A DNA stretch of 64,000 nt, from contig NC_068994.1 of assembly GCF_001194135.2 (NCBI RefSeq), positions 60,023,857 through 60,087,856 of the forward strand, written 5' to 3'. This document shows positions 25,896 through 39,349 of this stretch, piece after piece. Origin of the DNA: Octopus bimaculoides (lineage: Eukaryota). The first letter of the stretch is position 1. Each line of letters opens with the position of its first letter. The notes beneath the pieces are model-generated. The model had not been told where the DNA came from and ran no database searches. It worked only from the letters and a program-made list of their open reading frames with translations. Made by a program: the position numbers and the translations under genes.

Positions 25896-27010
25896 TATAT
25901 ATGATGTATGATTCATGACATTTTTGTAGCCAGATCAGAAATATTAAAACAGAATTTACAATAATACAATAAAATATATCCTAACAAGAATAAAATATCT
26001 GATCTGAAAGACATCATTATTATAGCACAGAAGCTAAAGGTATAAGTGGACTGGTATAAAAGGAGGGAAGAGAGGTTTTGCAGTCTCCAGTTCCAGACCC
26101 TATCAATGTTTTGTTTTCTTTTCTTTTTAACAATATGCTTTTCATGATTTTATTATGAAACGAAAAGAAAGTCTTGGCTAAGAGATTGAAAGAAAAAAAA
26201 GAAGTCCCCACCACCAAAAACATAATGTTCACATTTCTGTATTTAGCAAATTGCTTTCTATTTTGAGACTTGTTTCTTGCAAACAGCAATGACTAAGGAT
26301 CATTCACACCAGAATTCTAAAAAGCTTCCAAACAAATTATGTTTATGAACACAGAAAACAAAGACTCCTTCAGAAACAGAAACAAAAACCAAAACGGTTT
26401 CACCTTCTTCCTCCCTAAATACATTTTGGACTTGAAAAGTTAATGAAATAATTTACTGGTTGTAGCTACATGTTCATGTAATCTTTTGAAAAGCTCAACA
26501 AAAGACAATGAAGGCTGTTGATGACACAACAACAGATACCTGTTTAAAAAAGAAGAAACTCTTTCTGCTATGTGTGTGATAATTCAAAATAGAGCTGAGC
26601 CAACTTTTGAACTTGTCTTGGCAACAAGACCTAATTTTAGCCATTAAACTCATCAGGCTACCATGCCTTACCAGCAACCAACCAATCTCTTAAATAATTC
26701 CCAATTTCCTATTCTGATGTTACTCATGTGTATAGCCCAAAGTCATGGCTACTAGATCACTTTCATCATCAATTTCTAATTATGAAAGTATGAGGAGTTC
26801 CTGGAATTCTGGGTTTTACCTTAATCACAGAAGAGTAGATATTACCAAGCTGTCTCCACACTCAGTCAACATAAACCAATGACAATAAGGTCAGTCAATT
26901 GTATATATCTTGGGTTCATTCAGAACTTGAATATTAAGAATTCCCTTAAGAAAGTCCAAAATCATGCCAGGAAGGTACACCTAAGCACAACAGATGTTTT
27001 AGCTTCAAAT

Positions 27011-27055
<45 letters not shown>

Positions 27056-28870
27056 ATGAAGAATGCCAAGTAAAGCAAAAAGTAAAAGGGTAATAAATAG
27101 AAGATGAAAAGGAGAGTATACTTTAATCCAGTATTCTAAAATAATGTAACATGGTATAATATAAAAAAAGGTTAAAAGTAGTATTTCTCTATTATAACAA
27201 GTCAATCAATGATGATTTAATGTAGAAAACCATTACCAGTTTCAGAAATCATTTTCTAATCAATATATTCTTTCATATCCATGACTCATGTGTATACAAG
27301 AGTCATGAAAATGCAAATAGTATGAGATGCATTCTCCAAAAAGTAACCAACATGTAAAGAAGTACCATAGTTTGAACCCTCATCCTAAGGATACAGTCCC
27401 TTTAGTCTTATTTATCACTGATGTTTTACGATCGAGTATGCTTGTGCACTCATAATCAAGTTGATTAAATTAACCTTTCTCAAAATCTTTTAATTGACCT
27501 TGTCTAATTTTATCATAGCTTTAGATCATACTGTTTCCTTATCTAAAGGTATTAATTTCTGCAATTTTCATTCATTTGACAAGATCTATGACCTTCATTT
27601 GTGTTTGTTCTGCTCTTAATATTAACCTGTATGTTAGGTCTCAATGACCGATTACAGAGCTGTCTTTTTTTAACAGCTGCATTGTTTAGAAACCTACCAA
27701 GAGCAATGAGTTGTTACAGGAAAAAACAGAAACATCTCCAATATAACTGTCTCTAGATACAAACACCGAGGATAATATATAAAAATAAGTAGATATTAAG
27801 TTTTAATACAGTTTAATCCAAAAACTGTAGGACTTCTGTTACTAGTGAGAAAAACAGAACTATTCCCAGACGATTTTTAAAAAATACTAAATCTTTATTT
27901 TAAGTCTTAAAAACGTACTGACATGCACCACATCAGGTTTTAAATTATACATTTTAAACTTGTATATTATGTATGCATTTCCTCAGATATACACTTCCAC
28001 ATCCCTTTACAAATAACAGTTTCTCTATTCTACTTTGCTACTTTGAGAGCCTTGCTGCAGCTGAAGATGACAAAACAAGCAGGAATCAACTTCCAAGACT
28101 TAAGCAACTCAGTTGTTTAAGAGTTCTATGACAGTTCCAGCTTTATTTTTGGATTAGTAAATGCAGGTGTTATTTGTTAGAAAAGAATTTTTATCTGATA
28201 TACATTTTAATTTTAGCTCAGGAGTCATGTACTTAGATGGAATTTGACAACTAGTAACTACAATCTATTTGCTAAAAGACAGCAGAATCAGAAAAGTTGA
28301 GAGTAGCCAGTCAAATATTGTTTCCATATCGTTTTAATTTAAAACAAAAAAAACAAAAAAAAACGAGTAGCAGAATGTAATTCTAACTTGTAGAACCTCA
28401 ATCCATTGCAACAAATAGGAATTACAAAACTAAACGAAAGAGCTGTTGTGGAATAATTTGTGATGGATCTGTCAGGAAAAGGAATGTAGTATAAGGAGCA
28501 GATTATACAAGAATCTGCTGCTACTGAAAAATATTGCAAGGGTAAGAAGAAAAAAATGTATTCTCATAGACAAAACAGTTATTTTTAAAAAAAGGACTAG
28601 AAACAAGGTCATGAATATCAGAATGTTTAATTGACATCAACCAGAGACAAGTTGAGTTAATAAACTAAAACACTTGTATCAATGTTATCTATTTTCTCCG
28701 AAAGGGAAGCAGGATTATTCACAGTTTCCAATATGAATATAAATGGGAAAAGAAAACAATGAAACGAGCATAAATTAAATACGACTGGATTGCTTGCTGC
28801 AGCCAGTGTTTTCCTCCTCTGCCTCCTCCAAATAACTACTGCAGTGTTTAGTGGTGGTGGGGACTTGACA

Positions 28871-28871
<1 letters not shown>

Positions 28872-28922
<51 letters not shown>
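28872..28922. repeat. (CA)n microsatellite
   Basis: Direct observation; (GT)n near 9725 and 40326; (GA)n near 9375, 16905 and 38670-38975. Confidence 0.95.
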
Positions 28923-28925
<3 letters not shown>

Positions 28926-29720
28926 GAAAAGGAGACTATGGAGAAGCAGGACAAGGTTCCTTTTTGTTTTTTTTCTTCCTATTAGCACATTTATAATGGT
29001 GTAAGCATATATCTCTGCCGAGCCAAAAGGTTTTCTACATAATGAGAGAAAGATGAAAGCTAACAGCATTAAAGGAAAAACATACAAGTAAATGTTGTTG
29101 TCTCCCCCTCCTCCCCCGTCCCCACCATTGGACATTGATGATTCATGCCTGCAAACATTTACTAGCCTTAAAAATGGCGTAAGCAGAAATTATAGAGAGG
29201 CTTGAGTGCAGCAGGACAGGTTGTTGAAGAAATCAGCCAGCCATTGCAGACAGACAAATCAATGGTAACATCAATTTTTGTAGCAGTAGGCTTGCTGCTG
29301 CTGCTGCTGCTGCTGCTCATTGATAACCATAGCAACCGAGTGCACAATGGAAAATGCTTCCGCTACCAACTGTAATAATATATTAGTCATCTGCTGCTGA
29401 GAGTGAAAGCTTATGAATGTGTTCATGGGTGATGTTCAAGAACAGACAGGTTAGTGACAACAGTTGCAACATCAATATTATTATTATTATTATTATCATC
29501 ATCATCATCCACTTGATTAGTAAGTAGAAGGTGAAATAAAACAATGTAATTATTCATTAAGATATAAAACAAAATTTATTAAGACAAATCAAAATGTAAG
29601 TACAAATTAATTATTTAAAACAATATCATTAAGTGGTCTGTGGAAACTTAAATGAATGCTTTTGCTAAATGCTAATAAACTAAATTATACTTTATCAGTC
29701 TACATCTTGAATCCTAGACA

Positions 29721-29928
29721 AATATTCTTTTCTACTCGAGGCACAAGGCCTGAAATTTTGGGGGGAAGGGGTCAGTCAATTAGAACAACCCCAGTACACA
29801 ACTGATACTTAATTTATCAACCCTGAAAGGATGAAAGGCAAAGTCGACCTTGGTGGAATTTGAACTCAGAACGTAAAGACAGACGAAATACCGCTAAGCA
29901 TTTCGCCCGGCTTGCTAACATTTCTGCC
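29721..29928 (-). mobile_element. Nin/Deu-domain SINE
   Basis: Minus strand: tRNA head with GAGTTCAAATTCC B box, then GGTCGACTTTGCCTTTCATCCTTTCAGGGTTGATAAATTAAGTA, resembling the Nin/Deu domain. Other pieces near 8650, 21330 and 46265-46400 (+). Confidence 0.75.
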
Positions 29929-31584
29929 AAATATTGACAGCGCACACACAGTTGGGTTAATTTACTTACATAATTACAGTGACATATTTAATTACAATGT
30001 ACACTGCTAATTACAATTACATGTAATTTACAAAGTGTTTTATATAATTCTCTTTCAATTGCAAAAGTTATTAGTTTAGCTCTTGTGAGGGAGAATATCT
30101 CTGAAAGAGACAGAGTTTGGAATAGAAAAACAAGAAACAAAAACACAACAAACGAGTCTGAAAATTAGCAGTTTTCACTTGTTAATATTTTTTATCAAAA
30201 TTTCTTACTGCAGTAAAAAGAAAAAGTTCATTATATATAATCCTCTGTTACTAACAATTTTTACATACGAGTCTTCATCCTAATTAAATAAGCTTATTTT
30301 GATGTTAGTAATTTCCTAGCCCCATATTCCACTATGGTATAAAAAGCCAGGGCAAGAATAATGTAGAGTTGTATCCCTTAGCAAGTGCATTAATGGTTGG
30401 AAACCTAGACTACCTCTGAACAACAACAATATGCACGTGCTTATGAAATCAATTTTAGGCTAGATTTTTAATTTATGAAAAGAATTTCTAATTAAAAACA
30501 AAGATTAAAAGGAATTATAATGTTTAGAGAAGGATTCCAAAATGCTACGTCAGCATCAGTTTGAAGAACCTAATGTCTAACAACAAAGCGAGATGAATTC
30601 TGGAAATAGGAACGAGCACTTTCACAGCTAAATATGTTTATAAGAATGCTTAAAAGTGAATAGTTTTGAAACATTTCTAAAAATTAGCAATTAGTAATTT
30701 CTGAAGTGTTTAGAAAATTTAGAAAACAAGTTTACAAGCCAAAGAATTTCCTTGAAGTCATTGATTCCACTGTTTTGGTTAGAAACAGATGGCAGAGGGT
30801 TGAATAGAAACCAAAAGTTTGAAGACTGGTTATGAAATGTTGCTTTTCACTGTCCAACCCAGATTCTAACAACTTTGATGTACCATTGTGTTCAGGTCTG
30901 TTTCTCATTCTATCTTTTTCCCAGACATTAACAACCTTCACCTCAAACCACACAAACATCCTAGGTGAGTGACGCTATCATTCACTCCATTTACGATCCA
31001 CTATATTTTATATCACCATCATAGTAGACAGACATGAGCCGGAGGGTTAACTATATTATTAGTTAGAATCACAGAGTAAAATTAATTCAATAACAGTATA
31101 TAAACTCTAACTTAGGTCAGTAGTAAAAGGAGGAGAAGGAGGAGGAAGAGGAGACTTTCTTCTTCAAATAATTTCCATTTGGATTCTCTCCAACATCTCA
31201 ACATAACTGAGCTTTTATACAGCAATGTAAACAGACTAATCTAGATGTGAGCATATTTAGGATAGCATGACTTTGGACTAAAAGCTAAAAATTACCAAGA
31301 TGAAATTCTATCATAGTTTTGATAAAGAACAGAAGAGGGAAAAAAGTTTTTGGAAGCAGCCTGTGTGTATGATTGCACAAGTGGGTTTGTTTCTACATAC
31401 AGTTATGAATTATTTTGAAGTTACATTAATGTAATAAAGATGAAAGACTACATAGCATTTTTATAACAAATCATAGATAAAAAAAATTTTAATGTATTTA
31501 TTTAAATTTTAACCACTGGGACTTAAAAATGAGAAGAAATAAATGACAAATAAATAGCAAGAAAGAGAAAATGATGATGAATTA

Positions 31585-31747
31585 CCGTATTTTAATGTGT
31601 ATAAAGAATCCTTTTTTTGTCAAAAATTAGGTTAAAAAAAATATGGGAGTTTCTTATACATGGATAGTATTATAATCCCCTACAAAACCTTTTTTCTAAA
31701 TTTTAAACCCCCAAATTAGGGGGTTCGTTATACATGTTAAAATATGG
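31585..31747. mobile_element. Tc2/pogo-type MITE
   Basis: TA|CCGTATTTTAATGTGTATAA...TTATACATGTTAAAATATGG|TA: 20-bp TIRs (17/20) and TA TSD. Confidence 0.8.
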
Positions 31748-32364
31748 TATATGTTTTTAGTGCAAACAAGAAAGAAATTTGCTGTTAGAAATTTAAAACA
31801 GAGTTAAACAGGTTGAGAGAGTTTAAAACAAGTTTAATTTTTCTTCAAAACCCAAAACTACAAATCAGTAAGCCACAGAGTTTTATGTTGAATTCTAAGG
31901 TCCAAGTGAATGAAGAAGCTAACTCCTTACTAATTAAGCCAAATACTCCAGACAGGAATTTTTTCCTCAACAAGTTTCAAAAATAGTCAAGAGACACTAA
32001 TTTAGTTACAAATCAATAAAAAAAAAAAACTGCATTTCAGTTTGTCGCAGAATGCAAAATAGAAAGCAAATGGAACATTGCAATGTCTGTGATTAAAGCA
32101 GAAGATGCAAGTGAAATAAAGAAAAGATTATTGTGAAAGTGAAAGAAAGAATGAAAAAAAAGGCCAATTCAGATCTTAGAAAGTTATTGATTCAGACAAA
32201 ATTGTAAGAAAACAAAATAACAGTTGAAATAAGAATCAAGAACCATTAGTTAAATAAGGAACAATGTTGGTAATGACAAAATGGGGAAAGAATTTCAACA
32301 ATGATGGTACCGGAAAAACAAAAAAAAAAATGAATACCAATTTTTTTCTTCTTTTTTCTCACTA

Positions 32365-32640
32365 GTTGTGAGCTCAAGAGTTGTGGTCATGCTGGAGCAC
32401 TGCCATTGGCTTTTCTACACTTTCACTACTTGAAACCTCCTCTGATATGTGGCATTTGGTGAATGAAGGACTTGGATTTTGCTGCCCTCATCTGTGTTGC
32501 CTACCATGAAATAGGCTGGAAGGTTTTCCAAGTCATTTTCATACTGTCGTCTATGGATTCAGAATTTTGTTTAACTACTGGGCTTTCTCTCTATAATTCT
32601 CCCAATCCAGTTAGAAATTGATGGAATGCAGCTAATCCAA
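32365..32640 (-). mobile_element. CR1/L2-group LINE 3' end
   Basis: Reverse complement matches 50285-50427 (TTCATTCACCAAATGCCAC...GGCAGTGCTCCAGCATGACCACAACTCTTGAGC). Confidence 0.65.
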
Positions 32641-33743
32641 AATCATAAAAATAAGAATATTGCATGAATTTGAGTGAAATTTGCCAATACAACATAATGA
32701 TTATTGTTGGTTTTTCTTGTTACATCACTTTTCAACCTACGAAGGTAGGTTGAATACAAGTTGATTGCAAAAGTGTTTTCACAGATATTTACAAGATTCT
32801 TGGACATCAAGTTCCTATCTCCAGTTAGTTTCTGTAACTTGGAAGCTGCTGAACTCTCATTTAAAAAAAGCATTCCAAAATATACCTTCACCTATTCCAT
32901 TCAAAGTTTTTTTTAACACTCAACAAATTAACGTGCCCCCTCACCAGTACACAGAAACCTAGATTTATCATTCACTAATGAAAGCATTGATGTAATATCA
33001 ATTACATGATAAACTGCACTCCTGGTCACAGTCAATAAATCCCAATAGCATTTAGCTAAACTGGTGTTTATAGATGCACTGAAACATTACTGATTATTTT
33101 CTCCAAGCCCACCTCTTTTTCTTTCATTAATTCATTAATAAATGATCCTTTCTACCCTAGTAGTAAATTTGAGAACACACTTTGGAAAACACCCCATAGC
33201 ATTGGTATCACACACAGGCTGTGGGTAGCAAAACCTGTTACTCATGCAAGATTCCAAGACTTACAACAAAATCCAAGTTAAAAAGAATATAATAATAAAT
33301 TATAACAACCACAATAATAATCCTACCACTCACAAGTAAGAAAGGGTTGAATATTGATGCTGAATAACAGTTTATGACTTTTACATTTATGGAGAGAGAA
33401 AACAGAATTTAGAAAAATAAATATTAAATATAGCATGAAATAGCTTGTACTTTTGAAGACTGATTAATAGCAAAATGATAAGATGACACCAGAAGAGAAA
33501 GAAAACAGTAACAAATGTACAAGTAGAGATAGTTTCACACAAATAAACCAGACAATACTGACAAAAAAAAAAAAAATCAGATTACAGAAATCAATATCAG
33601 ATATATCTGCAGACTTAATCTAACTAGTTCAAACTTAGCAGGTCAACTCATCCAAATTTGTACTCTAGATTTTAGCAATAATAGAAACATTCATATGTCT
33701 AGCCTAGAAAGAAAATCACCTTGAAGGAATTTATACTTTAAAC

Positions 33744-33828
33744 TGTAAGTGTATTTCACAGTTCTATATTTAAGAGAGGAGGAATTATGTATATTATTTA
33801 CATTTGACGGATATTTGTAAGTGTATTT
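33744..33828 (-). mobile_element. About 59-bp 5'-truncated Penelope pLTR terminus with 13-bp TSD
   Basis: TGTAAGTGTATTT at 33744-33756 and 33816-33828 flanks the reverse complement of the pLTR end seen at 40220-40277. Confidence 0.8.
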
Positions 33829-35671
33829 GTTAGAAAATATTTTTGACTCCAGTGAAAAAAATCTAATTCTTTATGGTAAGCGAGATGTAGATGAGGTGAG
33901 ACGAAATGAATGAGTTTCGTATTTCAAGTACAACTGAGAAAGGGAAAACTCGAGAGAGAGAAATGTAGAGAGTTTTATGTGCAAAGAACAAAATGGGAGT
34001 ATTTAACTATCATCTAATTGTTAACAAAGTATTAAATTGCAGGATAGCAAGAGGTTTAAATCCATTTATTTAAATAATACTAACAGATAAAAATCAAACA
34101 AATACTTTTTAACTTAATCTTTAACAAATTTGGAAATGTTATGAGGAAAACAAATGTGTTACTTCTTTTTTGGTCATAACAATTGAATTCCATTAAAATA
34201 TGCAGGAATAATTCTTTAAGATTTTCAACTTTTATTTTCAAAGAATATATATATTTGATTATAAACACTCATTTCAAGAATAGTTTTCTAAAAGAAAGCA
34301 GTTTTTAGAGTCAACAGAAATCTATCTGAATCAGTAAAGGTTTATGGTAGTGAACTACAATGTCATATCAAACAAAAATAACCACTAATATTAGGTGCCT
34401 CCCCCACACATACACTGACATATGTGCCTACACAAACATACACGACCACTTGAAACTCCTTGTCTTCAGTACCCAACCCAGATATATGAGATTTTCTTTT
34501 GCTTTAGTGGTAGCAAGATAAGTTAGAGACATCCGGCTCTTAACTATAGTTTACTTATAAAAATAAATGAAAAACAAACTTCCAGCCATTAAAGATCAAA
34601 TTTTGCTAGAGCTGGCAATATTGTTGGATAAGGCAACACTCGCCCAATCAGTGATAGACAAACAGCTTTAGAACTAGAATAAAAAGAGAATTCAAATCCT
34701 GAAGATTATTTCCTTTATCTAGTTTTCAATGTTAATATGGATGAATTTATTATTAGATGATAGGCACAGTTTACAGATAGTGGAAACAAATTTTAATAGC
34801 AACATACCATTCTTATTGCTCATCATTATTTAACATCCATCTTCCATGCAACAAGCTTGGGTCGGATGATTTGACAGGATCCAACAAGCAAGATGAGTGT
34901 GTTGGGCTCCAATGTCTGCTTTGACATGGTTTCTATAGACAGATGCCCCTCCCATTGCTAACAATACAAAGACATTCTTGACTGAGTGGAGCTGTAGACG
35001 AGAAGGAGATGGCAGTCTGCAATGGGTTGAGAAGCTAAAGTATGCTAGAGGGACAGGCACAGGTGTCTTGCTAAAGGGAAGATAGATGGCTACTATTAGA
35101 GGGAAGACTGAAGGGGGTACAACAAAACATACCATGGTTCAAATGGTTTCATAGCTGTAACCAATGGCCTACTACTTTAGATTCAATACTCCTGGGCCCT
35201 TGTTACATATTCTGGTACTGTATCCTTTTCTAGGCACAGGACCATTTGGTTTAATAAAAGAAACATAACTGAATCAACTTTAGTGACCCAAACAGGATTT
35301 GAACTCAGACCATACAGACATCAAAATACTATATACAACAGTTTACCAATGTTTGACCTAGAGGAGGTTAAAATTTACCCAACAGCAGCAACCTGGATTT
35401 CAGTAATAAGCAGGGAACATTGATAAAATCTAAAAGCTCTAGTAAGACAAACGAACATTGGTGATGTTGGTGCCTTCTGCTGGTGATGATGGAGTTCTTC
35501 ATTTCTTTGTAGTGCAACAGACCACAGGAGGGAACATAATGCCTTACTTTAGTAAGAATGGCAAGGAATCAAAAAGAATCAAAAAGATAAAGAAATTCTA
35601 CACCCAAGAGAACAAACCAATATCATCATTGAAGGAACATTGGGAGATGGGATCATTAAACAAGTCTTTAA

Positions 35672-36004
35672 CCCTTTCGTTACCAACCCGGCAGAAACTG
35701 GCTCTGGTTCTGAGTACAAATGTCTTGTTTTCATAAGTTTTGAATTAATATCTTCCAACAAAATTCCGTGCTGCACGGAATTTTGTCAGTGAACAGGTCG
35801 CAGTCTCAAAGTGATGAAAATATTTTGGCAAATTAAATTTAAATGTTGAAGTGAATCTAACAGTTTTTGTGTGTTTCTTAAATGGCTTATAAACACATTC
35901 CATGCTGCAAATGATAACTAAGTTATTTTACTAAATTCTTTGTTGTATTTAAAGTAACTGAACGAAACACAGAGCATCTCAAAATAAATACAGTAATGAA
36001 AGGG
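35672..36004 (-). mobile_element. piggyBac-type MITE family 1, chimeric copy
   Basis: TTAA-flanked TIRs, opposite orientation to the 2297 copy; 333 bp because about 35 internal bp are replaced by about 145 bp of unrelated sequence. Confidence 0.8.
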
Positions 36005-36632
36005 TTAAATCACTTTAACAAGTTGACATCCATACAACAATCATTTCATTGCATAAATATTAATAGCAATGATGATTTTGACAAAGCACAAAGTGAATAT
36101 TTGCAAGAAATGGGAACAGTTAATTAGCAGGACTTACTTCATTCTTCTCAGTTGAGTTAAAGGGAAAATGGATTTCAACAGGATTTGAAGTCCAATTGAG
36201 AAAATATTCACTATCAAACTAGACATCCTAGAGTAGTAGGTCAGGTTATTTGCCATTGGTACTAATATTTCCAATGATAATTCCAGAAGGAAGTAAACTG
36301 ATTGAATGTCAATCATTGATAAATAAGGTAGGCTAAGAAAAACCAATCAATAAAATAGTGAAAACTGAGACCAAGAGAGCTGGTGTCAGAAGAAATGAAA
36401 AGTAGATGCTCTCCACTTATATTAGAACCAATATATGAAAGGCAGAGGCAATTGTGGAGCCTAATTGTTCTCAGAGACACAGATTCTTGGTAAAGCTTTG
36501 TCTTGTTCTAAGGCAGTGGGTCTAGAATTTCTTGTAGCTCAGAACTCTTCCCCCACCCCATAACTTAGTGCACTCCCTTGTAACAGAGTACTCCCTTTCA
36601 CCAAATGGGGGGGGGGGGAAGTTTATCATAAC

Positions 36633-37041
36633 CATGTGATGTGCATGGATGTGGACAGCTGTGTGAAGAAGTGTCACACTCTAATGGTGGAGAGAACCTG
36701 TGGAAGAAGTAGACCCAGGAAGACATGGGAATGAGGTAGTGAAATAGGATCTTCGAATGCTGGGCCTCACGGAGCTAATGACAAATGACTGACACCTCTG
36801 GCGATATGCTGTGCTTGAGAAGACCCATCAAGCCAAGTGAGATTGTAGTCAGAGCCAATGCCAGTGCTGGTGTCACATAAAAAGCACCCAGTACACTCTT
36901 GAAGTGGTTGGCGTTAGGAAGGGCATCTGGCTGTAGAAAACCATGCCAAATCAGACTGGAACTTAGTGTATCTCCCCAACTCACCAGTTTTCAGTCAAAC
37001 CATCCAACCCATGCCAGCATGGAAAGCGGATGTTAAATGAC
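36633..37041 (+). mobile_element. RTE-clade LINE 3' end (ORF C-terminus plus 3'UTR)
   Basis: Frameshifted HVMCMDVDSCVKKCHTLMVERTCGRSRPRKTW, LRMLGLTELMTND and LWRYAVLEKT, followed by the common tail. Confidence 0.8.
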
Positions 37042-38666
37042 TTTTGATATGAAGAAAAAAGAGCATAAAGGAAGCAGGTAATTACATTGAGAAATACAAA
37101 ATACTATCAAGTTAAAACTGAAGCTGGGAAGAAAATAAACAATAATATTTAATGNNNNNNNNNNNNNNNNNNNNNNNNNNNNNNNNNNNNNNNNNNNNNN
37201 NNNNNNNNNNNNNNNNNNNNNNNATTAATAAAACAATACAAAACAATTTGTATCTTTGCCAAGCAATTAAGTTTCAGGTGACAATTGGCATTGTGCACAT
37301 TAATAGGAACTAAAACACACATTTTAATCTAATTTTACTCAAGATTAAAGGGTATTATGATGAGCTTTTAATCCTTTACACATATTAATAACCACCAATT
37401 CATTTTATATTTTGTTAAACTGTACACATTCGATGACAACATTTCACGGTTAACCTGCATCAGATTGGAGTCCTTTTACCTTTTCTCTCCTTTTTTTTTT
37501 TTTTTTAAAGAGAATAAGCTTTAATGGAAACAATATTCTATCCTCCGAGTTATGCAACAAAATAATAAAATTTATAACAATACTCCCCATCATCATCATC
37601 ATTATTATTTTATGTCTGGTTTCGTTACTGACATAATTTGAATGGGCTGTCATGGTCAGAATGACTTTCTACTTCAGACTAACATGTAAACCGTTTTAGC
37701 TTTCTATATCTGGGAGTCTTTCTAATATCCAACAACTGCATTTACTCACACTAAGTTTTGTAACCAAGAAGAAGTGTTTGAGTCAGCAATGGAGACATGA
37801 AATGTAAATACAATAGAAAGAAATCACAGAAAAAAGGTTATTAATCAAGAAACCTACCAATTTCATTCATGGCTGGCATTGTCAAAACACTGCAGAATCC
37901 TTGAAGCCCACTAAATTCTTTCACAGCTTTTAGATGCATAAAAATAATGTCAATGCCAGTTGTCAACTAGAGGGAGACACAAGCAGTGTTGCTGCGTCAA
38001 AAATGGTGAGTCGGAAGGAAGCTCTTGATGTAAGGAGGAGCTAAAAACTTAGTGTAAGAGGAGGTTCTATGCAGGTTCTATAGAATGGGAACTACATCCA
38101 ATTTGCCATGTCCTCTTTTTAGAACATCCGTACAATCCAATTAAAGAATATAGCATTCAAACCAACAGAATTGCCAATAAAAATAATGAAACAACAAACA
38201 CAATAAACACTTTTCAGATTATTGGAATGTAGTGTGTTGATTTACAAACATCTGAGGTCATAGAAAGTGAGGTGAAACCTTATAGTGTAATAGTTAGAAT
38301 TAATAAATTATATTTTTTTAAATTATGATTATTTACATTAGAATTCTGGGGTTTAAAATGTGTCTACCAATGAAATCTAATTGCACTGAAATATGCAGCT
38401 GCACATGTGTCCAAAAAAAAAACTGATTTAAAGACAAACAAAATATTACATTTCCACTAAATAATTATTTCTTCCTTAGAACACAAAGCTAAGACTAATA
38501 AAGAAAAGAAGCAATGAGAGTTCAATTCAATAATGACACATATATATGTAGGGCAACCAGACACAGAAACCATGCCAAATCTAACAGTGGTGCTCAACAC
38601 AGTCCTATGGCTTGCCAGATCCTGTCAAACTGTCCAACCATACCAGTATGGAAAATGAATGTTAAC

Positions 38667-38698
<32 letters not shown>

Positions 38699-38936
38699 NN
38701 NNNNNNNNNNNNNNNNNNNNNNNNNNNNNNNNNNNNNNNNNNNNNNNNNNNNNNNNNNNNNNNNNNNNNNNNNNNNNNNNNNNNNNNNNNNNNNNNNNNN
38801 NNNNNNNNNNNNNNNNNNNNNNNNNNNNNNNNNNNNNNNNNNNNNNNNNNNNNNNNNNNNNNNNNNNNNNNNNNNNNNNNNNNNNNNNNNNNNNNNNNNN
38901 NNNNNNNNNNNNNNNNNNNNNNNNNNNNNNNNNNNN

Positions 38937-38977
<41 letters not shown>

Positions 38978-39349
38978 TACTGGTTTGGCTGTGTGGTTAA
39001 GAAATTCACGTTGGAACCATGAAGTAAAGAGTTTGGCCCCACTGGGTGGATGCTGTTGGTTGGTACCCTCTGGTATTGCCACAGGTTGATCAATACAATG
39101 TAATTGAAAGGCAAAACCTGGGAAAAGCCCATCGTGTGTGTATGTACATGTATGTGTACATGACAGTGCACATTTTCCTTGCAGGTGTGCTCACAAACTG
39201 GAATCAAGAGCTACACCATTCCTACAGATGCTGTCATTCATTTGCAATGCCTGGGCTTCTTGAGTTGCTTTGATGTGTGCCCTCCATGAAAGCACATCTG
39301 GGCTGTTTGATGTTTGATGGATTGCTTGGAAACAGTTGGGGGGGGGGGG

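Noticed and set aside
28848-29135. ORF MSNGGDGGGGGDNNIYL as an alternative adducin first exon
   Set aside because: The nearest donor (TT|GTATGT) is phase 2, incompatible with the phase-1 exon at 17983; the rest is microsatellite.
34440-34485. Minus-strand GGTACTGAAGACAAGGAGTTT, similar to the start of the 44.2-kb ribozyme
   Set aside because: No complementary AAACTCCT arm or GAAA box downstream; likely chance.
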